64,000 bases of DNA from assembly GCA_963666215.2 (NCBI GenBank), contig CAXWPL010000001.1, positions 352,001 through 416,000 on the forward strand. Direction: 5' to 3'. The notes under the pieces were generated by a model, which was not told the DNA's origin, did not search any database, and worked only from the letters and a program-made list of their open reading frames with translations. Shown one piece after another: positions 1 through 10,701 of this stretch (position 1 is its first letter; each line of letters opens with the position of its first letter). The position numbers and the translations under genes are program-made. This stretch comes from Acidobacteriota bacterium (lineage in GTDB: Bacteria > Acidobacteriota > UBA890 > WLXD01).

Positions 1-1
1 C

Positions 2-568
2 GGACGACCGCGGCGTGGCCCCAAGGCCCCGCCCGGCAGCTACGAGCTGCGAGTGAGCGCGCTGGGCGAGACTCGGGCGCGCCCGTTCGAGCTGCGCATC
101 GACCCGCGCTATGAGGGCGTGTCCGCAGCCGACCTCGACGAGCAGTACGAGTTGGCCTCTGAGATTCGCGACCAAACGAGCCGCGCCAACAACGCGGTAA
201 TCACGATCCGTGAGATCCGCTCGCAGCTCGAGATGCGCCTCGAAGACAACGACAATGCGGCCCTCGCGGGCAGCGCCGAGCGCCTGCTGGAGGGCATGGG
301 CGCGATCGAGGAGGAGCTGTACCAAGTCCGCAACCAGAGCGGCCAGGATCCGCTCAACTTCCCGATCAAGCTCAACAACCGGCTCGCCTCGCTACGTCGC
401 AGCGTCGAAAACGGTGACGCTCGACCAACCGCTGGCGCCTACAAGGTGTTCGAGGAGCTCTCGGCCGAGCTCGACGGGCATATGGAGGCGCTGCATGCCC
501 TTCTCACCAACGACCTCGCCGCGCTCAACCGAGCACTCGTTGACGCAGGACTGGAGGCCATCGAGTAA
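2..568 (+). CDS. C-terminal part of a large BNR/VPS10-like glycosyl hydrolase-related protein (5' end outside window)
   Basis: The frame is open from base 2 (GPKAPPGSYELRV...DPR). The helical tail with QDPLNFPIKLNNRLASL and RPTAGA is typical of these proteins. Confidence 0.7.
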   Translation, partial: GRPRRGPKAPPGSYELRVSALGETRARPFELRIDPRYEGVSAADLDEQYELASEIRDQTSRANNAVITIREIRSQLEMRLEDNDNAALAGSAERLLEGMGAIEEELYQVRNQSGQDPLNFPIKLNNRLASLRRSVENGDARPTAGAYKVFEELSAELDGHMEALHALLTNDLAALNRALVDAGLEAIE

Positions 569-599
569 GGCCATCGATCGAGATCGTGGTGACCGTGGC

Positions 600-2693
600 T
601 CAGACAGCGAGCGTACGCCGACGCTCCGCGCCCACGCGGCCGCCGCGGCAGGCCTTGGTCAGCATGAAATCGGCGGAATGGCGCGACTGCAACTCCAGAG
701 CTTCCGCCAGCGGCACCGCGCACGCGGCGCGAGCGCACGCGGCGATCGCCTGTCGCGCGCTCTCCGTCGCGTCGGAGCCCGGTGCCAGATCCGCTGGCTC
801 GAGCTCCAAGCCAGGGATCGCGTCTTCCACGAGCTCACGACGTGCGATGCCGTCGGCACCGCCCTCGCTTGCCAGTTGCCAGGCAAGCGCGATGGCAACG
901 TCACGCGAGCCGGCGCCGTCGACCAGCCATCCCACCGCGTCCCTGGCACGAACCGGGCGTCCGCCAAGCAGGAGCCCCGCGACGCGGGATCGACCCTCGG
1001 GCGACGTCTTACGCATCGGCCAATGGCAGCCCTCCATGCCCGGCAGAACCGGCAACGTGACCTCTGGAAACCCGAGGCTGACGTCGTCAGACGCCACGAC
1101 GAAGTGGCAGTGCAGCATGAGCTCCAGCATGCCACCGAGGCAGCGCTTGCCGTCGACAAAGCCAACCGACACTGCGAACTCCTCGTGCAGCCGGCGCGCG
1201 GTGCGCGACCAATCGTGCGAAATTCGGTAGCCGGTCTCGTGATCATCGAGCGCCGGAAAGAACTCGCTGATGTCGGCGCCGACGAGCTGCGTGCACAGGT
1301 GGAAGTCGGCGCTGAGGATCACGCGATCGATCCCTTCACCGCGAAGCCAATCGATGGCACGATTGAGTTCGGCGTCCACGTCGCCGTTGTAGGCCTCGCG
1401 CCCAAGGGTGATGACGCCCACCTCGCCGTCGTGCTCGGCGTTGACGTAGAGCTGCTGCCATTCTGTTGATTCGAGCCCAGATTCGAGCGACTCCGGGTGC
1501 CATGGGGTTGCCGCCGCGGCGGGGAATAGACCCTGGTAGGCCTCTACCGTGCGTCGAACTTCGTCGACTCCGGCCTCCCTCATGAGTGCCAGCGTGCCGC
1601 GGCGGAACTGTGCGCAGAGCTCGCCGATAGCGTTCATCTGAGCCGGCTGGGCGCGCTGCTCGTGAACCATGAGGGCGGTCATTTGGAAGAGCGCGCCCAG
1701 GAGCCACGTTCGGAGCTCGGACTCGGCAGCGGCCTCGAGCGACCAGTCGACCACGGGGCGGAAGTGGTTCGGCGGATACCAGTCCTGACCCGTGTCCTTG
1801 CGCTCGGTCAGGCTATCGGTTGGCACGAAGAGGCCCCCGTAGTGCTCGCCCAAATGGTGCAGGCACGACCAGGTCAGGAAGTCCGCACCCTTGGCGCCAA
1901 TCGCGTCGTGGGCGCGGAACGGGTTCGGCCCCACGTGCTTACGAACGAACTTGTCGATCTTCCAGAACGGCATGTTGGTGGCGTCGTGAACCTGCAGGCC
2001 GGCGAGCGTCAGGCCACAGAACAGCACGTCGAGCACGAACGACCAGTGGTCGCTGACCGGCATCGGGATGAGGCCGAGGGCCCACAGCAGCTGGGTAATG
2101 TCGGAGGGCTTCTCCTCCACAACCTCCCAGATCTTGTTGATCTCGTGCGGAAAGGCCGGGTGCGCAACCCCAACGCCGAGCTCCGAGCTCGGGAACCCGG
2201 AAGTCACCGAGCGAATCTCGATGTCCGGATAGCGGCCACGGAACAGCTCGTAGTGCGAGCGCTTGAGCTGCAGGATCTCGGGAATCGCCTCGAGCAGGAA
2301 GCGGGGACGTAGTCGATCGAGCTCAGCAGGCAGGTCGGCGCCGTCGTAGCTCAAGCGAACAATGTTCTGCATGATGGCATCGGCGCCAGTGCGACCGAAG
2401 GCGCGCGCCAAACCCGAGTAGTGCGCGCCAATGCCGTCGGGCGCGCTGGGCAGATCGAGCGCCACGATCGGCACGCCATGCTCGTGCAAGCGCGACCCGA
2501 GCTGCATCGCCTTCCCCGACCCGACGATGCCGTTGGCCCCCGAGATCACCACGGAGCCGCGCTCGCTTGCAGGACCGAAGACGCGCTCGACCACCTCATC
2601 GGCGCGCACCGGAAGTCGGCCCGTCTTGAAGACCGCGTGTACGCCGCCCAGGCCGAGGGTAGCGAGAGTTGGCTGGCGCAGCTCCTGGCTCAA
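600..2693 (-). CDS. 3-hydroxyacyl-CoA dehydrogenase / enoyl-CoA hydratase fusion (HAD N-terminal, crotonase C-terminal)
   Basis: HAD part: Rossmann GANGIVGSG, LLEAIPEILQLK, SVTSGFP, AHPAFP. Crotonase part: GADISEF, GGMLEL, FPEVTLPVLPG. Confidence 0.8.
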   Translation of the reverse strand: MSQELRQPTLATLGLGGVHAVFKTGRLPVRADEVVERVFGPASERGSVVISGANGIVGSGKAMQLGSRLHEHGVPIVALDLPSAPDGIGAHYSGLARAFGRTGADAIMQNIVRLSYDGADLPAELDRLRPRFLLEAIPEILQLKRSHYELFRGRYPDIEIRSVTSGFPSSELGVGVAHPAFPHEINKIWEVVEEKPSDITQLLWALGLIPMPVSDHWSFVLDVLFCGLTLAGLQVHDATNMPFWKIDKFVRKHVGPNPFRAHDAIGAKGADFLTWSCLHHLGEHYGGLFVPTDSLTERKDTGQDWYPPNHFRPVVDWSLEAAAESELRTWLLGALFQMTALMVHEQRAQPAQMNAIGELCAQFRRGTLALMREAGVDEVRRTVEAYQGLFPAAAATPWHPESLESGLESTEWQQLYVNAEHDGEVGVITLGREAYNGDVDAELNRAIDWLRGEGIDRVILSADFHLCTQLVGADISEFFPALDDHETGYRISHDWSRTARRLHEEFAVSVGFVDGKRCLGGMLELMLHCHFVVASDDVSLGFPEVTLPVLPGMEGCHWPMRKTSPEGRSRVAGLLLGGRPVRARDAVGWLVDGAGSRDVAIALAWQLASEGGADGIARRELVEDAIPGLELEPADLAPGSDATESARQAIAACARAACAVPLAEALELQSRHSADFMLTKACRGGRVGAERRRTLAV

Positions 2694-2724
2694 TGTTGTC
2701 GCTCGCTGCCCACGCTGCTCTCGA

Positions 2725-3903
2725 TCAAGACGTCACCTTCAGGGCCGCGGCGATACCAATGTCTCCGGCAGCGCAGCCGAACACCAGCACGTGACCGCCG
2801 CCGAGATCGGCCGCTTCCTCCAACGCCTCGATCAGAACCCGGGTCAGCGTTGGCCCCTGCGGGTGACCCCATACCAGCGAGCAGCCGGTGTTGTTCATGT
2901 TGCGCCAGTCGTAGTCGAGAAGCTTCGAGAAGACCGCATCGTTGACCGCGAACGGATTGTGGTTCTTCACCACGATCATGTCGCTCATCGAGAGCCCCGT
3001 ATCGGCCAGCAGCTTCTGCACGGCGAGCGCCGGCGCCTCGGGCATGAGGCTCGGCTGCGCTCGCACGTGCGCGCGGGCCACGAAACGAATGTCGATCTCC
3101 GGTCGCGAGCTCAGGTCGGCAACCCGCTCCTTGCGGGTCACCAGCAAGGTCGCCATGCCGTCCGACGCGTGGGTCTGCGTGCCTGACGTAACGCACGTGT
3201 CGAGCTCGCGCATTGCGCCGAGAGCGTGACGGTCGACCGGCCGTACGCCGGTGTCGTCATCAATTCTCCCGAGTGGCTTGCCGCGCACGTCGAGAAGGTC
3301 GAGCGGTACCAGAACGCGGTCGAGAAAGCCCGACGCTTTCGCCTCGAAATACTGCCCATAGCGATGAAACGTCAGGTCGTCGACCTCGCGCCGATCGATC
3401 TTGTGCTTGCGCGCTGCGACCCCGGCCGTAGCGATCATCGCGTTGCCGGTGGCCGGGTCGAATCCGAAATTGTCCCAGACATCCGCGATCGGGACCGTCC
3501 GCTGGTAGGAACGGCGCTCGGGAAACACACCTACTGGTGAGTCGCTGGTGCGATCGAAGGTCAATACGCCCACCACGTCGTGGCCCGCTTCGACCTCGGC
3601 GCCCGCCAGCAACACGGCTTGCAGCCCCGTCGCGCAGGCTTGCTCGACGTGGTAGCCGGGCACCCGCTGGCCTACACAGCTGGCCACCAGCGGCGCATTC
3701 CAGAACTTCCAGTGCCACGGGACAGTCGAGCCAATCACCAGCGCGTCGAGCTCGCTCTTGCGGACCTTGCGCAGGCCAAGAATGCGGCTCATCGCTTCGC
3801 CAGCGAACTGCCCGATGTTCACCTCGGCGAGCGCGGAAGACTGCCAAGCCGGGAAATAACTGCTTCCCCAGGTGCCGTACGGAATCCTGGCTGAGGAGAG
3901 CAT
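2725..3903 (-). CDS. thiolase (acyl-CoA C-acyltransferase family)
   Basis: Motifs EQACATG, THASDG, HNPFAVN, WGHPQG and GCAAGD. ATG at 3903 has an upstream GAGG. Directly upstream of the HAD-ECH gene. Confidence 0.85.
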   Translation of the reverse strand: MLSSARIPYGTWGSSYFPAWQSSALAEVNIGQFAGEAMSRILGLRKVRKSELDALVIGSTVPWHWKFWNAPLVASCVGQRVPGYHVEQACATGLQAVLLAGAEVEAGHDVVGVLTFDRTSDSPVGVFPERRSYQRTVPIADVWDNFGFDPATGNAMIATAGVAARKHKIDRREVDDLTFHRYGQYFEAKASGFLDRVLVPLDLLDVRGKPLGRIDDDTGVRPVDRHALGAMRELDTCVTSGTQTHASDGMATLLVTRKERVADLSSRPEIDIRFVARAHVRAQPSLMPEAPALAVQKLLADTGLSMSDMIVVKNHNPFAVNDAVFSKLLDYDWRNMNNTGCSLVWGHPQGPTLTRVLIEALEEAADLGGGHVLVFGCAAGDIGIAAALKVTS

Positions 3904-4096
3904 CCTGCCTCGTTGCCGTTGGAAGGAACGGGTCTTTCGCTGTGAGCGACGTCCCGGCGACACAGCGATGCATTCTCACACGCACTCCAGGGGCGCGCCG
4001 GCACCGCGAAACCCTCGCTAGTTGTGAGTTCTGAGGAGGTTGTTCACGAACTCGCTCCTGGGACCCGAGCCATGGGTGTTTTTGTGCCGATGCCTG

Positions 4097-4998
4097 CATG
4101 AGGTCGAGATCGACGTCGTCACCGACCGCTCCACCCTCAAGCCTCGCACCGAGAGCGTTGCCGGCCTGATCGCGAGCGCCGACATCTCGCCGTCGGGCAA
4201 GCGCGTGGTCATCGAAGCGCGTGGTGACCTGTTCACGGTGCCCGCCGAGAACGGCATCGTCCGCAACATCACCCGCAGCTCGGGCACCGCCGACCGTACT
4301 CCGGCTTGGTCTCCCGACGGCAGGTGGATCGCCTGCTTCAGCGACGAGTCGGGCGAGTACGAGCTGACGATTGGCGCAGCAGACGGCAGCGGCGACCCGC
4401 GGCGCCTCACCACGATGGGTGAGGGCTTCCGCTACACGCCCTACTGGTCGCCCGACCGCAAGAAGCTGGCGTTCATCGATCAGGCGATGAAGATCAGGAT
4501 CTTCGACCTCGACTCGGAGACTCTCACCGACGTCGACCAGGGGCTGTGGATGCTCCACGGCGGCCTGGCGAATTTCCAGCCGAGCTGGTCTTCCGACGGC
4601 CGCTGGCTCGCCTATTCGCCAGGCCTCGAGAACCGTCACAACGCGGTCTTCCTGTTCGATACAGAGAGCAACCGGCGTCATCAGGTCACCAGCGGCTTCT
4701 ACGGCGAGCTCGCCCCGGCCTTCGACCCCGACGGCAAACCTGTACCTGCTGACCAACCGCCGGCTGGCACCCATCTACAGCGACTACCAGAACACCTTCA
4801 TCTACGCCAACACCACGAACGTCACGGCGATCTCGCTGCGCGACGACGTGCCGTCGCCGCTGGCACCGCGCAACGACGAGGAGGAGATCGCCGAGGGCTC
4901 CGAGGAAAGCGAGGAAGGCGACGAGGACTCCGACGCCGATTCGGAGAGCAACGACGAAGGCTCGAGCCAAGGCGACGACGACGGGCGGTGTCGATCCA
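4097..4998 (+). pseudogene. internal fragment of a tricorn-like (S41) protease, beta-propeller region, frameshifted near 4738
   Basis: PD40-like repeats (ISPSGKRVVIEARGDLFTVPAENG, WSPDGRWIA, AFDPDGK). They continue in another frame as LYLLTNR..PIYSD...DVPSPLAPRNDEE. No N-terminus, PDZ or catalytic domain. Confidence 0.7.
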
Positions 4999-5368
4999 CA
5001 GCTGGAGCGCGGAATCACCGAGCTGATGCAGCTAATTCAGGAGAATGGGATTACCCAACCCGACCGGCCGGCGCCGCCGAACCGGGCACGCCAGTAGGGC
5101 TCACTGCGAGGATCCGGGCGGCAGAGATCGCCGGCCGCCACGCGTGCGGGTGGCGATCTGCTGTCGGCCCTCGACCGCACCAGAACTCCACTGGACCGGG
5201 TCGGCGTGCCATCGGCGGGGAGAGTGCGCACGCCGGGCAACAGCAGGTCGTTATACTTTGCTGCACGCTTTCTCCCTCGCGACGATGCGCTAGCTCTGGC
5301 CCGATGCCACTTCCGTGCACGTCGCCCGCTCACGCGCCGGTTCCACTTTCGGGCGCGGTGGGTCACCC

Positions 5369-7219
5369 ATGATTCCCCAGCTCCGCAACATCGCCATCAT
5401 TGCGCACGTTGACCACGGCAAAACCACGCTTGTCGACGAGATGCTCAAGCAGTCGGGAACCGTCACCGAGCGCGACGACCTCGGCGTGCGCATCCTCGAC
5501 TCCAACGACCTCGAGCGTGAGCGTGGTATCACGATCCTGTCGAAGAACACCGCGGTCCGCTGGAATGACTATCGCGTCAACATCGTCGACACACCGGGGC
5601 ACGCCGACTTCGGGGGCGAGGTCGAGCGAGTGCTCTCGATGGTCGACTCGGTGCTTCTGCTGGTCGACGCGGTGGATGGCCCGATGCCGCAGACGCGCTT
5701 CGTGACACAGAAAGCGTTCTCGCACGGGCTGGCGCCGATCGTCGCGATCAACAAGATCGACCGCCCGGCGGCGCGCCCCGATTGGGTGCTCGAGCAGACG
5801 TTCGATCTGTTCGACCGGCTCGGCGCAAGCGACCATCAGCTAGACTTCCCGATTGTCTACACTTCTGCCGTCCTCGGCACCGCGACGCTCGACTGGCATC
5901 AGCCCGGCGTCGACCTCACGCCGCTCTTCGACGTCATCGTGAAGAGTGTGCCGCCGCCCGACGTCGATCCCGAAGGCCCACTGCAGCTGCAGGTCAGCTC
6001 GCTCGACTACTCGCCGTACGTGGGTGCGATCGGCATCGGCCGAATTAGCCGTGGCACACTGCGGCCGAACATGCGCGTCACGGTTGTCGATACTGATGGC
6101 AGCACGCGCGACGAGCGGGTCCTGCAGGTGCTTGGCTTCCGAGGGCTCGAGCGCCTCGAAGTCGACGAGGGCACCGCGGGCGACATTGTGGCTTTCAGCG
6201 GCATCGAGACGCCGCGTATCTCCGACACGCTCTGCGACGCGGCGTTTCCCGAAGACATCGAGGCGCTGGCACCGTTAACCGTCGACGAGCCCACCGTCGC
6301 GATGACGTTCGAAACCAACACCTCGCCGTTCTCGGGCCGTGATGGCAAGTTCGTCACCAGCCGCCAGCTCCGCGAGCGCTTGATGCGCGAGGCGATCCAC
6401 AACGTCGCGCTGCGGGTAACGCCCACCGACAGCCCGGATCGGTTCCGCGTGTCGGGGCGGGGCGAGCTTCACCTGTCGATTCTGCTCGAGAACATGCGTC
6501 GTGAAGGCTACGAGATGGCCGTATCTCGTCCCCGCGTGATCGAGCGCACGATCGACGGGCAGCTCCAGGAACCCTTCGAGCGCCTCGCGGTCGACGTCCA
6601 GGACCGTCACCAAGGCACGGTCATGGAAGCTTTGGGAGCGCGCGGAGGCGACCTGCGCAACATGCTCCCGGACGGCCAGGGCCGCGTGCGCCTCGACTAC
6701 TTGATTCCGGCGCGCGGCCTCATTGGGCTCCAATCTGATTTCCGTACGATGACCTCGGGCAGCGGCGTCATGGTGCACAGCTTCGAGCACTACGCGCCGC
6801 TCAAGAAGATCGCACGCGCCCGGCGTGCCAACGGTGCCCTGGTTTCGATGGCCACGGGCAAGTCGCTCGGGTTTGCGCTGTTCAACCTACAGGAGCGTGG
6901 CCAGCTCTTCATCGGCCCGGGCGAGGAGGTCTACGAGGGCCAAGTGGTGGGCATGAGCTCGCGTGATCGCGATCTGGCGGTCAACCCCCTCAAGGGCAAG
7001 AAGCTCACCAACATGCGCGCTTCGGGCAAGGACGATGCGATTGTGTTGACGCGACCGACCCGCCTGACGTTAGAACAGGCGCTCGAATTCATCGAGGACG
7101 ACGAGCTCGTCGAGGTTACGCCCGCCGCGCTGCGGATCCGCAAGCGCAACCTCAAAGAGAAGGGTCGACGGCGAGATGCCAAGGCCACCAACGCCGCTGC
7201 CGCGGCAGCGGCGGTGTAA
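5369..7219 (+). CDS. typA: ribosome-associated translational GTPase TypA/BipA
   Basis: [55 protein letters not shown], and C-terminal [12 protein letters not shown]...DDELVEVTP. Confidence 0.98.
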   Translation: MIPQLRNIAIIAHVDHGKTTLVDEMLKQSGTVTERDDLGVRILDSNDLERERGITILSKNTAVRWNDYRVNIVDTPGHADFGGEVERVLSMVDSVLLLVDAVDGPMPQTRFVTQKAFSHGLAPIVAINKIDRPAARPDWVLEQTFDLFDRLGASDHQLDFPIVYTSAVLGTATLDWHQPGVDLTPLFDVIVKSVPPPDVDPEGPLQLQVSSLDYSPYVGAIGIGRISRGTLRPNMRVTVVDTDGSTRDERVLQVLGFRGLERLEVDEGTAGDIVAFSGIETPRISDTLCDAAFPEDIEALAPLTVDEPTVAMTFETNTSPFSGRDGKFVTSRQLRERLMREAIHNVALRVTPTDSPDRFRVSGRGELHLSILLENMRREGYEMAVSRPRVIERTIDGQLQEPFERLAVDVQDRHQGTVMEALGARGGDLRNMLPDGQGRVRLDYLIPARGLIGLQSDFRTMTSGSGVMVHSFEHYAPLKKIARARRANGALVSMATGKSLGFALFNLQERGQLFIGPGEEVYEGQVVGMSSRDRDLAVNPLKGKKLTNMRASGKDDAIVLTRPTRLTLEQALEFIEDDELVEVTPAALRIRKRNLKEKGRRRDAKATNAAAAAAAV

Positions 7220-7349
7220 TTGCGTCGATTGCCGCCGAGCTCTCCACGGCGACCCCCACGCGTGGCTCTGCCCAAGCGCCCCGCCGGGCGAATCTTGTCG
7301 CAGGTCTTCTAGTTGCAGCAGGGTCTTTGATAGACCCCGATAGAGCGAA

Positions 7350-8042
7350 ATGCGCCCGTTCGAAACGCTCGAGACCTTCGAAACACCCGAAGGCAAGCTG
7401 CTGACGCTGCATCGTCACGACCACGATCTGGCGATTCACCTCGACGGTGAAGAGCTGATGTCGAGTCGGGCACCTGGCTCGGAAACCACGCTCGCGAAGG
7501 TCGCCTGCCGTAGCTTGCGCGCCAAGCGGCCGCGTGTGCTGATTGGCGGACTCGGCCTCGGCTTCACGCTGCGCGCGGCGCTCGACAGCCTGCCCGAGCA
7601 ATCGAGGGTTGTCGTAGCGGAAATCTTCGAGTGTGTCGCCGAGTGGAACCGTCGTTATGTGGCCGAGCAGATCGAAGCGCTGGGCCGACCCCTCGACGAC
7701 CCGCGTGTGGAGATTCAGATCGAAGACGTCCACAACGTCATCGCCGCCGCCAGCCGTGGCGCGTATCACGCTATTCTGCTCGATGTCGACAACGGGCCTG
7801 GCGCCTGGTGCTTGCGCGCCAACTCGCGCCTGTACGGCGCCAGTGGCCTCGGGCGCATCCGAGCGGCGCTCGCAGCCGGCGGCGTTCTTGCCGTGTGGTC
7901 CACCTACCCCGACCCCAGATTTGTCGGTCAACTACGACGGGCCGGGTTCGAAGCCAGCCGCGAGAAAGCTCGAACACGCGGAAAGAAGGGTAACCACCAC
8001 ACCATTTTCGTCGCGCGAAAGCCCGCCGGTCGGTCGAGCTAG
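7350..8042 (+). CDS. spermidine-synthase-like SAM-dependent methyltransferase-fold protein
   Basis: ELMSS, VLIGGLGLGFTL, ILLDVDNGP, GGVLAVWS. Confidence 0.8.
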   Translation: MRPFETLETFETPEGKLLTLHRHDHDLAIHLDGEELMSSRAPGSETTLAKVACRSLRAKRPRVLIGGLGLGFTLRAALDSLPEQSRVVVAEIFECVAEWNRRYVAEQIEALGRPLDDPRVEIQIEDVHNVIAAASRGAYHAILLDVDNGPGAWCLRANSRLYGASGLGRIRAALAAGGVLAVWSTYPDPRFVGQLRRAGFEASREKARTRGKKGNHHTIFVARKPAGRSS

Positions 8043-8259
8043 TGGAGGGCGTCAGTCGCCGCAGAAGGGTGCCCGCTGCCGCTCGCCCGTCGCCCCCCCT
8101 CCCAAACCCGCAATCCTCCCGACCCAGAACGCCGGCCAAAGCCCGGACGAGCCGGTTCTCAGCGCTTCCTCATGCCGCGCTCATGGCGTGCGCCCGGACC
8201 CGCTGCTACGTTGCACGCATCCAGTAGGCGAAGCATCCCCGGCCCCGAGGAACCAGCAG

Positions 8260-9699
8260 ATGCACACGGATCGAAGGCGCTCCAACAGACGCACGTTGTT
8301 GAAAACCGCCGGCATGGCCGGACTCGCCCCGGCTTTCGTGGGGCTCAACCGTCCCGCGGCGATTCAACAAGCCGGCAGCGCGGCCTTCATCGCAGCGGTA
8401 ATCGCGGGCGACAAGACCTTGGTGCGCGAGCTCCTCGCGCTCGATGCCGGACTCGTCCAGGCACGCGACGAGAATCGGCGATCGGCGTTCGCCCTGGCGG
8501 TGCTTCACGGCAGGGACGAGGTGGCAGCACTCCTTCGTGAACACGGCTACGAACCCGACCTGACGGAGTCAGCTCTGGCGCTCGACTGGGAACGGGTCGC
8601 ATCACTAGCCGAGGCTAGTCCTGCACAGCTCAACCAGGATCACCCCATCGGCGGCACCCCCATGTACGCGGCCGCGCTGGCCGGCGCCGGCAATCAGATC
8701 TGGCGGATCTATCAGTTTGGTGGCGATCCGGGGGTCGCGCCGCGCGGAGCAGGGGGCTTCTCGCCGGTGCGCGCCGCGCTCGAATACCCCGACCTGGCAA
8801 CCGCGGAGGTCACGCTCGCAACGCTGCTCGGCAATGGAGCCCCTCCCGGCGGCCCGCAAGCGGGCGGCAGCTCCGCGCTGCACGCGGCCGCGTTGCGCGG
8901 CAGCACCACGGCTGTCGAGATGCTGCTCCGTAAAGGGGCGGACGCCGGCGCGCGCGATGTCGACCACCACACGCCGCTCGAGCTCGCTGAGCGCGGCGGG
9001 CAACGTGATACGGCCGCCATGCTGCGGCGTTCTCACGAGATCCCGCGAGATCACGCCGCCTCGCGCCGCGCCCACGACGTGGACGGAAAACCCTACGAGC
9101 CGAGCGGCATCGAAGGCTACGATCTCCAGCTACGCCTGCGCATGGTCGGCCAATCGCATGGCAACTTCGACGCCGTTCGCGAGATGGTCGAGCGGCACCC
9201 GCTCCTGGTGCACTCGGTAGCAACCACCAACGAAGGGGCCGTCGAGGCCTGTGCCCACATGGGGCGGCTACCGATCGTCGAGTTTCTGCTCGAGCGCGGC
9301 GCTCCCTATTCCTTGCCTACCGCTGTAATGCGCGGCGACCGCGACTACGTGCTGGCGGCGCTCAAGGAGCAACCGCTGCGCATCTACGAGCGCGGGGCGC
9401 ACGACTTCGAGCTGCTCTGGTATCCGGTGATCGGAGGCGGCAACCTGGAGATGGCAGAGCTGCTGATGGAGCGTGGCGCTGAGGTCGAGCAGCAACATTA
9501 CTTGGGGACGACCGCTCTCCACTATGCCGCTCTGCGTGGTCAAACCGAGATGGTGCAGCTGTTCATCGAGCACGGCGCCGACGTCCAGCGGATTGGACGC
9601 AAGTTCGACGCCGCGGGCCAGACGCCTCTGCAGATGGCGGGCACCCAAGGTCACGATGACGTCGTCCGTCTGCTGCAGGATCGCGGCGCCACCGTCTGA
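8260..9699 (+). CDS. Tat-exported ankyrin repeat protein
   Basis: Signal NRRTLLKTAG followed by a hydrophobic stretch. Ankyrin units GGTPMYAAA, SSALHAAA..G..VEMLLRKGAD, TTALHYAA.RG, GQTPLQMA. The long 5' extension of ORF 7633 overlaps the previous gene and is rejected. Confidence 0.85.
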   Translation: MHTDRRRSNRRTLLKTAGMAGLAPAFVGLNRPAAIQQAGSAAFIAAVIAGDKTLVRELLALDAGLVQARDENRRSAFALAVLHGRDEVAALLREHGYEPDLTESALALDWERVASLAEASPAQLNQDHPIGGTPMYAAALAGAGNQIWRIYQFGGDPGVAPRGAGGFSPVRAALEYPDLATAEVTLATLLGNGAPPGGPQAGGSSALHAAALRGSTTAVEMLLRKGADAGARDVDHHTPLELAERGGQRDTAAMLRRSHEIPRDHAASRRAHDVDGKPYEPSGIEGYDLQLRLRMVGQSHGNFDAVREMVERHPLLVHSVATTNEGAVEACAHMGRLPIVEFLLERGAPYSLPTAVMRGDRDYVLAALKEQPLRIYERGAHDFELLWYPVIGGGNLEMAELLMERGAEVEQQHYLGTTALHYAALRGQTEMVQLFIEHGADVQRIGRKFDAAGQTPLQMAGTQGHDDVVRLLQDRGATV

Positions 9700-9726
9700 C
9701 CCGACGGGCTCGCTATACTCGTCGGA

Positions 9727-10701
9727 ATGGCAAACGAGGTAGGCGCCGAACGACCCGCTGACCGCGGTCCGACCTGCGGACGCGTGCGTTTCGGCGACTA
9801 CGAGTTCGATCCCTCGACGGGCGACCTGGCACCAATCTCGGCGAACGCGTGTCGATCCGACGTGCGACTCGCTCCACAGCCCGCGCGACTGCTCAGCCTG
9901 CTGGCGTCACGCGACGGCGCGATCGTGACGCGCGACGAGATTCAGGCTGAGCTCTGGCCCGACGTCGAAGTGGAATTCGACCAGAGCCTCAATTTCTGCA
10001 TTCGACAGATTCGCGCCGCGCTGAACGACTCGGCCGTGGAGCCCCGTTACATCGAAACGTTGCCGCGGCGAGGATATCGGCTACTGCCGCCGGTGGTGCC
10101 GGCGAGGAGCAGTGTCGCCGGCACATCACCAGCAACGATCGCTCCTGGTGACTCGGCCCCGCTGCCGGCCGTACGGGTCGCAAGCGATGGCGCACACCGT
10201 TTCCTGCGACCAGCGCTGCTACTTCTGTTGGGGCTGGTGCTGGCGGCGTTCTCGGGTCTGCTGATCATCGGACCCGCGGAGCTCGAAACGCTCGACGCCC
10301 AACCGCCGCGATTGGGCGTGATGCCTTTCGAGCCGCCGGCGACGAGAGAAGGCTTCCCCAATACAACACGAATCGCCGCGGAGCTCGTCCGGTTGCTGGG
10401 CAACCAGCCGCAGGAGATCATTCTCGTGGGCCCGGCAACAACATCGGCCCACGACGGCACCGGATCGGTCCGTGACTTCGCCGCGTCATTGCAGCTCGAC
10501 TATGTTCTCAACGATCGCTTTCTCGACGAAGAAGCAGGGCCGGAGCTGCTCCTGGAGCTCATCCGTGTCTCCGACGGCGCCCACGTGTGGGTCGACCGTT
10601 TCGACCAACTCGACGACTGGCGCCGTATCGCCCCGATGGCTGCGGCCGCCGTCGGCCGTGAGCTCCGGCTGCACAGCGCGCCGCAGGTGCAACGCCCGTA
10701 G
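9727..10701 (+). CDS. CadC/ToxR-like membrane-anchored winged-helix regulator with TolB-like C-terminal domain
   Basis: Winged helix VRFGDYEFD...LAPQPARLL...LNFCIRQIRAALNDSA.EPRYIETLPRRGYRL, then one TM helix, then LGVMPFE...LELIRVSDGAHVW. Confidence 0.85.
   Translation: MANEVGAERPADRGPTCGRVRFGDYEFDPSTGDLAPISANACRSDVRLAPQPARLLSLLASRDGAIVTRDEIQAELWPDVEVEFDQSLNFCIRQIRAALNDSAVEPRYIETLPRRGYRLLPPVVPARSSVAGTSPATIAPGDSAPLPAVRVASDGAHRFLRPALLLLLGLVLAAFSGLLIIGPAELETLDAQPPRLGVMPFEPPATREGFPNTTRIAAELVRLLGNQPQEIILVGPATTSAHDGTGSVRDFAASLQLDYVLNDRFLDEEAGPELLLELIRVSDGAHVWVDRFDQLDDWRRIAPMAAAAVGRELRLHSAPQVQRP

Noticed and set aside
210-1469. 419-aa plus-strand ORF
   Set aside because: Antisense shadow of the HAD-ECH gene. 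Arg-rich with no motifs.
5030-5368. Riboswitch, tRNA or structured leader upstream of typA
   Set aside because: Only generic GC hairpins and a lone TATACT at 5252. No cloverleaf or aptamer consensus recognised.
7633-8259. 209-codon N-terminal extension of the ankyrin ORF
   Set aside because: It overlaps the spermidine-synthase-like gene and is low-complexity. The Tat signal begins at the ATG at 8260.
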